Shown in pieces: positions 58,213 to 64,000 of a stretch of 64,000 bases of DNA. The translations under genes and the position numbers were made by a program. The stretch is from a virus (taxonomy: Duplodnaviria > Caudoviricetes), in IMG/VR virus record IMGVR_UViG_3300011423_000006, positions 1 to 64,000 of that record; one strand, written 5' to 3'. Within the stretch, counting starts at the first letter, position 1, and every line of letters starts with the position of its first letter. The notes beneath the pieces were generated by a model that was given only the letters and a program-made list of their open reading frames with translations, did no database searches and was not told the origin of the DNA.

Positions 58213-59121
58213 GTGAATACAAGAGCTTATAATAGAATTGAAGTTGATTATAATAAAGGCATTGTAACCAAAACCAGTTCGACTTCTCGTTTAAAAGACG
58301 AAATAAACTATTATATAGTATTACCCGATAAATTAAAAATCTATTTTCCTAGATTAGTTGGATATCAAGATAATATTGCCCCTTATCAATTACAAATAGA
58401 ATATCTGGATGTTTTAGACCTTGGAAAAAATAATGCCTTGTTTCCCGCGCTTTTTGAAAAAATTCTTTTTATTCTTCGCGATTTTCAGAAATATGAATGT
58501 CCTTTATTGACATACCCCGCAAATGAATATCGCGAGGATATGTTCGTAAAAAAAACCGAAACAGAATATACTAATTTACTTCAAAATAAATTTTTTGCCG
58601 ATATCTCTAAAATAGAAGATTTAAAAATTAATGGCAAGCATTATAAAAATTTTTTACAAATCTGGGATAATGTTAAAACTTTAATTCGACAAAGATTGAT
58701 TAATAACAATCCATTCACAGTGATACATGGGGATTTTTGTTTTTCAAATTTGCTATGGTCAAATCACGGAATTTTACGATTGATTGACCCCCGAGGAAGC
58801 TTTGGAATGAGGGGTGCGTGGGGCGACTCTGTTTATGATATTGCAAAACTCCGTCATTCTTTAATTGGGGGGTATGAATTATTAATTAATGATCGGTTTT
58901 GGGTCGCGAGAGGCGATTCTTTAGATTACGCTCAACAATTTGAATATAAAGATGATGTATTAGGAATATTTACTGATTGTTTCGGAGCGGATTTAAATTA
59001 TAAATTAGTGGAGGGATTAATTTTCATGGGCATGATTGCGCGGCATTATGATAGTTTTGACCGGCAAAAAGCGATGTATGCCATTGGAATTAAATATTTA
59101 AATGAAGTTTTATGCGAATAG
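58213..59121 (+). CDS. capsule-cluster phosphotransferase (APH/choline kinase-like)
   Basis: RAYN.I, FPR, IHGDFCFSN, LIDPRG.FG, GD..YD.AKL.HS. Confidence 0.8.
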   Translation: MNTRAYNRIEVDYNKGIVTKTSSTSRLKDEINYYIVLPDKLKIYFPRLVGYQDNIAPYQLQIEYLDVLDLGKNNALFPALFEKILFILRDFQKYECPLLTYPANEYREDMFVKKTETEYTNLLQNKFFADISKIEDLKINGKHYKNFLQIWDNVKTLIRQRLINNNPFTVIHGDFCFSNLLWSNHGILRLIDPRGSFGMRGAWGDSVYDIAKLRHSLIGGYELLINDRFWVARGDSLDYAQQFEYKDDVLGIFTDCFGADLNYKLVEGLIFMGMIARHYDSFDRQKAMYAIGIKYLNEVLCE

Positions 59122-59813
59122 CTCTTTGTTTTTCCGCGCATTTAAGACAATACGAACGTTATTTTCCTAATATTAAGGAAAAATTTCTTCAGCTTTCAAC
59201 GGGCGGGCAGATTGATGTTTTTATTCATACGTGGCGTAAAAGAGGCCCAACTCATTCTTGGCATGTAAGTCATAACGGAACCGAGGGAATGGATTTAATG
59301 GATATAGATATAGAGCATGTCAAACAATTATATAATCCGACTATAATAGCTGTAGAAAATTACGAAGATATCAAACCCATTCTTTTATTGAAAAATTTTA
59401 CTGACAAAACCCCCGGCAACGAGCATATTTATAAAGAAGGGATTTGCACCACTACCCCCGCATTTTATAAAATTTGGCGATGTAATGAACTAAAAAAGGA
59501 ATACGAGCAAACTCACAATTTTGTTTACGATATGGTGATTCGTTTGCGCCCCGATATGAATTATTCATATCGAACAATGACTTTAGACATACGTAATCAT
59601 GTACATGTTCCTCATATCATGGAAGACCAATGTTATGATCATTTAGCTATTTCTAATTCAAAATTCATGGATCAATATTCCTCTTGCTTTTTGAATTTAC
59701 ATAAAATTTACCAGCAAGATTTTGATTTGGGCGGCGAGAAAACATTATATCGTCATTTACAATTACAAGGTTTGTCTTTTACGTCTATTCCTCATTGTTC
59801 AATCACTAAATAA
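59112..59813 (+). CDS. putative glycosyltransferase
   Basis: IALCFS..LR, DVFIHTW, YD.VIR.RPD. Confidence 0.65.
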   Translation: MRIALCFSAHLRQYERYFPNIKEKFLQLSTGGQIDVFIHTWRKRGPTHSWHVSHNGTEGMDLMDIDIEHVKQLYNPTIIAVENYEDIKPILLLKNFTDKTPGNEHIYKEGICTTTPAFYKIWRCNELKKEYEQTHNFVYDMVIRLRPDMNYSYRTMTLDIRNHVHVPHIMEDQCYDHLAISNSKFMDQYSSCFLNLHKIYQQDFDLGGEKTLYRHLQLQGLSFTSIPHCSITK

Positions 59814-59814
59814 A

Positions 59815-60552
59815 ATGGAAATCATTATACCAATGGCGGGGCAGGGCAAACGGTTTACTGAAAAATACGGTAATGTTTTTAAGCCGCTGATTAAAGTGCG
59901 AGGGCGCACCATTATAGAACACACTCTATCCTCTTTGAATGAAGAAGACTTATCTAAACATAATATTCATTTTGTGATTTTAGAAAAGCACGAAACAGAT
60001 TTTAAAGTAACCAGTCAGTTAGAATCTATTTTCAATTTTACATTTACGATGCATTATTTAGAATATGCTACTCGGGGTAATTTGGAGACAGCTTATCTAG
60101 TCAATAAAAAAATTAAACCGGCAAAAGATGTTTTGTTTTTAGACTCGGATAATTATTATGAGGGGGCGGGGTTGTTTAATTTAATTTCTTCCAAGCAAGA
60201 ACTTGAATTTGCGGTAACGTGTTGTTTTGAGCCTTTAGATGATAGCTGCAAATGGTGTTTCACTACATTAAACGGCGACCGAGTAACCGGAATTTACGAA
60301 AAAGATAAAAAAGCCTTAGAGTTGGGCGGGAAACCAATGATGGGCGTTTTCTACTTTTCGCAAGCAGAAATGTTTAATGAGTTAGCTGATAAAGTATTCG
60401 AACGACAAATAACAACAAACAATGAATATTATCTATCTAGCGCCCTATCTCAAATGTTAATCGAAAACAAGCCGGTTTTTGCATTTAAAGCTAATAAAAT
60501 TATTCCTTTGGGGACTCCCGAGGATATAATAAAGTATGCGGGTTTGTCTTGA
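59815..60552 (+). CDS. sugar-phosphate nucleotidyltransferase
   Basis: IIPMAGQGKRF, KPLI, DSDN, GVFYF, NEYY, LGTPED. Confidence 0.85.
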   Translation: MEIIIPMAGQGKRFTEKYGNVFKPLIKVRGRTIIEHTLSSLNEEDLSKHNIHFVILEKHETDFKVTSQLESIFNFTFTMHYLEYATRGNLETAYLVNKKIKPAKDVLFLDSDNYYEGAGLFNLISSKQELEFAVTCCFEPLDDSCKWCFTTLNGDRVTGIYEKDKKALELGGKPMMGVFYFSQAEMFNELADKVFERQITTNNEYYLSSALSQMLIENKPVFAFKANKIIPLGTPEDIIKYAGLS

Positions 60553-60865
60553 TTTAGATGGAACAATTTGTTATAATAAACAAATAAATCAAAAATATGA
60601 AGATGTTTTGCCCATTGAAGGCGCGGTAGAGAAAATTAGACAATGGAAAAAGGACGGGCATGAGATAATTATTTATACGGCTCGTAACATGGCGACATGT
60701 AATAATAGTTTAGGCAAAATTATTAAGAATCAATCTTCGATAATTACCGATTGGTTGAATTATTACGGGATTCCATTTGATGAGTTATGGTTCGGGAAGC
60801 CGTTAGCAGATATTTATATTGACGATAAAGCTTTAAAATTTGAAAATTGGAATATTAATTTATGA
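60536..60865 (+). CDS. HAD-family capsule biosynthesis phosphatase
   Basis: DLDGTIC, IYTAR, GKP..D.YIDDKA. Confidence 0.85.
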   Translation: MRVCLDLDGTICYNKQINQKYEDVLPIEGAVEKIRQWKKDGHEIIIYTARNMATCNNSLGKIIKNQSSIITDWLNYYGIPFDELWFGKPLADIYIDDKALKFENWNINL

Positions 60866-61626
60866 ATACGTTTTTTATTGATTCAGCAAATGTTAATTTT
60901 ATTAATCGAATTTGTGATAATGTTAAAACCCACCTTCCTTTAAACAAGGTTTTGGCTGGATTTACCACTAATCCTAAAATTTTGGATCGAGAGGGTGTGA
61001 CGGGTATATTTTTAAAAGACAAAATACGTGAGCTTTTAGATTTGTTAGAAAGCTTGCGCGGCGACAAAGAAGGCAAGGTTTATGTCCAAATTCCTTATAG
61101 TTATATGCCTTTAGATGAAATGACAAATTGGATATTAGATTTATTCGGGTCTATGGGAGCTAATCCCCAACTAGGAATTAAATTGCCGCCAGATACAGAT
61201 ATTATTAATGCGGCAGGGTCATTACACGGTAAAATATCTTTGAACATTACTGGAGTTACTTCTTGGGAACAAGTTGAATTAGTAGAAAACAATTATATTT
61301 TAGTTGATTATATTAGTTTTCTTTTCGGTCGAATGGAAGCTTTGGGAATTAACGCGGAAAAACAAATTTTAAAAAGTCAAAAATATCTTGCTGCGGCTAA
61401 ATTATTAGCAGGAAGTTTGCGTGATTTAAATGGGCTGGAACGTTCTTTTGATTTAAATATGGTTCCGACAATAGGAACAACAGCTTGGGATTCGGTAGAA
61501 AAAGAGGGATTAGATAAATTTATTAGTTTGTTAGACGATGTACCACAAATTGCCAAGGATTTGTCAAATTCGTTTTTCGAAGAAATGGATGGGCTTGCTG
61601 GAAAAAACGGGTTAGCGAAAATATGA
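60862..61626 (+). CDS. transaldolase/FSA-like protein
   Basis: FIDSAN, GFTTNP, IKLP (Schiff-base Lys), NIT, YIS...GR, L.GS.R. Confidence 0.7.
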   Translation: MNTFFIDSANVNFINRICDNVKTHLPLNKVLAGFTTNPKILDREGVTGIFLKDKIRELLDLLESLRGDKEGKVYVQIPYSYMPLDEMTNWILDLFGSMGANPQLGIKLPPDTDIINAAGSLHGKISLNITGVTSWEQVELVENNYILVDYISFLFGRMEALGINAEKQILKSQKYLAAAKLLAGSLRDLNGLERSFDLNMVPTIGTTAWDSVEKEGLDKFISLLDDVPQIAKDLSNSFFEEMDGLAGKNGLAKI

Positions 61627-62480
61627 AATTTAAGATAATTGGTAGCCATGATCATGCTATGTCCGGGGTGCCTCAAATCATTGAGGCCCTAAAAAAATTA
61701 GGGCATGAAATTGTGGATTCGGACGCTGACGTTCTTTATCATCCTACAGGATTTTTCGAGGATTTGTTTGAAGCAGTCCCGGCAAATCCCAGAGCTTTAA
61801 AAGTTGGATGTTTATTAGATGCCAATCCTCTGAACCCCGATTGGCCCGAAGAAAAAGTTGCATTACAATTATCAAACTTGGATATAGCTTTAACTATTTC
61901 GGAAACGGCTCGTCAACAAATTTTAAAAAGAACGGGACAAGATACTAAAGTTGTTTATTATCCTATTAAACCGATTGTTTCAAAAAATTATATGCGCGGG
62001 GTAGATTTTCTAACAGTAGGTAGAATTTATTCTGAAAACAAGAGATTTAATTTAGTCGATGCATTTTTAAAAGCAGTTTCCTTTAATAGAGATTTACTTA
62101 TTGTGGCTGGCCCAGAAAAACCTCCTTTTGGGTATTATACAGGATTATTACCAACTGAAACTTTAAATGAACTATATAATAGCGCAAAATATTTGTTATT
62201 TTTTAGTTCCCATGAGGGGTTAGGTTTAAGCGCGATTGAAGCTATTGTTGCCGGATGTACACCAATTTTATGCTCTGATAATGAATGCGTCAAAGAATTA
62301 GGACTAGAAGATTTTTCTGCCGATCCTAATCCAATTAGTTTAGCCAGCAAATTAAAAGAAATGGAAGAAAATCGTTCTGTATTTTTAGAAAAAATAAATA
62401 TATTACGGGGGAAATTTTTAGCTCAATTTAGCGCGGAAGCTGTTGCTAAAAACATTTTAGATGCTATTTTAAATAAATGA
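61623..62480 (+). CDS. glycosyltransferase family 4
   Basis: VGR....KR, LYN.A.....S.HEGLGL..IEA...G. Confidence 0.8.
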   Translation: MKFKIIGSHDHAMSGVPQIIEALKKLGHEIVDSDADVLYHPTGFFEDLFEAVPANPRALKVGCLLDANPLNPDWPEEKVALQLSNLDIALTISETARQQILKRTGQDTKVVYYPIKPIVSKNYMRGVDFLTVGRIYSENKRFNLVDAFLKAVSFNRDLLIVAGPEKPPFGYYTGLLPTETLNELYNSAKYLLFFSSHEGLGLSAIEAIVAGCTPILCSDNECVKELGLEDFSADPNPISLASKLKEMEENRSVFLEKINILRGKFLAQFSAEAVAKNILDAILNK

Positions 62481-63433
62481 ACCATGTTGCATTAATTGGT
62501 TTCGGGTATTTTGGGCCTAATATTTTTCGAGTCTTGACTCAATTCGAAGAAATTAAAACCATTACTGTTTGCGATATATCGGCGGACAATTTAAAGAAAA
62601 TCCCCAAGGTTCATGATAATATTACATTAGTTATCACTCAAGATTATAATATTGTTCTTGGCGACTCAGAAATTAAAACTGTTTTTATTGCAACTCCGGG
62701 GAACACTCATTTTGATTTAACAAAAAAAGCTCTAGAGAAAGGAAAAAATGTTTTTGTAGAAAAGCCCATTGCTTTTACGGTAAATGAAGTAGAAGAATTG
62801 ATTCAAATAGCTGGCCAGCAGGGGTTATTATTACATGTAGATCATACTTTTGTTTATTCTTCAGAAATAAATTTTTTAAAACAATGTTTACAATTTGATG
62901 TATTGGGCGAACCGATATCATATCGTTCGATAAGGGCGAATTTAGGGCCTTTTTTAAATAATATTGATGTTATTTATGATTTAGCGGTTCATGATTTAGC
63001 GGTAATTCGATACTTATTTCCCACTAAAACTATCCAAAAAGTATCAGCGGTCGCCCATCGTAATATATGTTCTAAATATGATGACGCGGATATTAATTTG
63101 TTTGGGGTAAATTTTAGTGCCCATATCCATGTTAGCTGGTTTTACCCCAAAAAAGTCCGTGAAATTATAACGGGAGGAACAAAGGCGATGTTTCATCATG
63201 ATAGTGCGACAGTTTTACCGCCGCGCATTGTGGATTTAAAAGGCAAAATTTTAACTTACGAACATATAACAAATTTAGGCGAACCTTTGTATGTAGAGAT
63301 TAATCATTTTTTTGAATGTCTAAAAAACGATAAAAAAACTTTATCTACGGGCACAGATGCTTCTTATGTTGTAGAAATTTTAGAAGCTATACATAAAAGT
63401 ATTGAAAAATCAGGAGAAACCGTTTATATTTAA
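62477..63433 (+). CDS. Gfo/Idh/MocA oxidoreductase
   Basis: IGFGYFG, IATP..TH, VFVEKP, DLAVHD, HVSW. Confidence 0.88.
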   Translation: MNHVALIGFGYFGPNIFRVLTQFEEIKTITVCDISADNLKKIPKVHDNITLVITQDYNIVLGDSEIKTVFIATPGNTHFDLTKKALEKGKNVFVEKPIAFTVNEVEELIQIAGQQGLLLHVDHTFVYSSEINFLKQCLQFDVLGEPISYRSIRANLGPFLNNIDVIYDLAVHDLAVIRYLFPTKTIQKVSAVAHRNICSKYDDADINLFGVNFSAHIHVSWFYPKKVREIITGGTKAMFHHDSATVLPPRIVDLKGKILTYEHITNLGEPLYVEINHFFECLKNDKKTLSTGTDASYVVEILEAIHKSIEKSGETVYI

Positions 63434-63436
63434 ATT

Positions 63437-64000
63437 ATGAAAATTGGTTTAGTGCTTGCCGTTTATAACGCGATGGATTATTTGCAAGAATGTCTTGATC
63501 CTTGGATTGAATTTCCATGTGTCGAAATTGCATGTGTTCATTGTTGTTTTAAAGAAAATCATGAAAACCAAGAACCGATTGAGTCTGCGGATAAAACTCA
63601 CGAATTTCTTCAAATTTACCAAAAGAAAAATTTTATTCAATATTTTGAATTTTTAGAAAAATCGGCTTTTGAACACGAAGCTCGTAATTATGCCGTTAAA
63701 CATCTTTTAGAACAAAGCGTGGATTTTATTTGGACTATTGGAGCAGATGAAATTTATACTATCGAGCAAATTCATTCTATTATAAAATATCTTGAAAAAG
63801 ATGAATTTACTTCTTGGTTTTCAATTTATCATAAAAATTTTACTTTCGATAATAAAATATGGATAGATGGATTTTGCCCTCCCAGAATTTTTCGAGTAAA
63901 TACCCCTAGTTTTAAATTAAAAGAGTTTTTTTGGGACGATGATATTCATTATACATGTAAAACTACTAATGCTTTATCTAGTTACCGGCATTTCCCGACA
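63437..64000 (+). CDS. glycosyltransferase family 2, partial (runs off window)
   Basis: MKIGLVLAVYN...ARN...WTIGADE...PRIF by manual translation. Confidence 0.7.
   Translation, partial: MKIGLVLAVYNAMDYLQECLDPWIEFPCVEIACVHCCFKENHENQEPIESADKTHEFLQIYQKKNFIQYFEFLEKSAFEHEARNYAVKHLLEQSVDFIWTIGADEIYTIEQIHSIIKYLEKDEFTSWFSIYHKNFTFDNKIWIDGFCPPRIFRVNTPSFKLKEFFWDDDIHYTCKTTNALSSYRHFPT

Noticed and set aside
19-63656. Numerous opposite-strand or nested ORFs in the track (e.g. 430-780, 5375-5737, 26732-27061, 38880-39185, 53055-53528)
   Set aside because: They are shadow frames of real genes, with low-complexity I/F/K-rich translations and no motifs.
1-64000. CRISPR array, stop-codon reassignment, integrase or IS element
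   Set aside because: No regularly spaced repeats were seen; conserved genes read through intact in code 11 with TAA, TGA and TAG all used as stops; no transposase or integrase motifs.

Overview
This is an AT-rich, gene-dense segment of a large lytic-type tailed bacteriophage genome. It uses the standard genetic code and contains no structural genes, integrase, canonical tRNA, rRNA or CRISPR array. Positions 1-44.2 kb form an almost entirely minus-strand accessory/early arm of short ORFs: a vWA plus J-domain/pseudokinase pair, an envelope module (PspA-like protein, mini-lipoprotein, secreted protein, beta-barrel), RNA repair enzymes (RNA ligase, PNK-like kinase, metallophosphoesterase, nucleotidyltransferase), NAD/ADP-ribose enzymes (NADAR, macro, NUDIX, two SLOG, NDT), an Acb2/Tad1-like candidate, RuvB-like and BCS1-like ATPases, and thyA/dCMP deaminase/dUTPase. 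Two genes are inverted within this arm: an AIPR gene and an unannotated ArfA-like peptide. From 44.9 kb the genes run on the plus strand: RNase H, HNH, dNMP kinase, sigma factor, a frameshifted class II ribonucleotide reductase and a long glycosylation/sugar-nucleotide cluster including ribB and a transaldolase-like gene. The most striking signals are non-coding. (1) An RNA of about 330 nt at 32755-33079 (-), directly after a conserved hypothetical gene, contains a circularly permuted tRNA-like domain (T-arm and acceptor 3' strand with CCA precede the acceptor 5' strand and D-arm), a long closing stem and a hexamer-repeat domain. (2) A promoter-driven, highly base-paired element of about 530 nt lies at the strand switch (44258-44807). 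(3) A small pseudoknot/attenuator-like leader precedes the glycan cluster. All family names are from motif recognition only; no database search was run.
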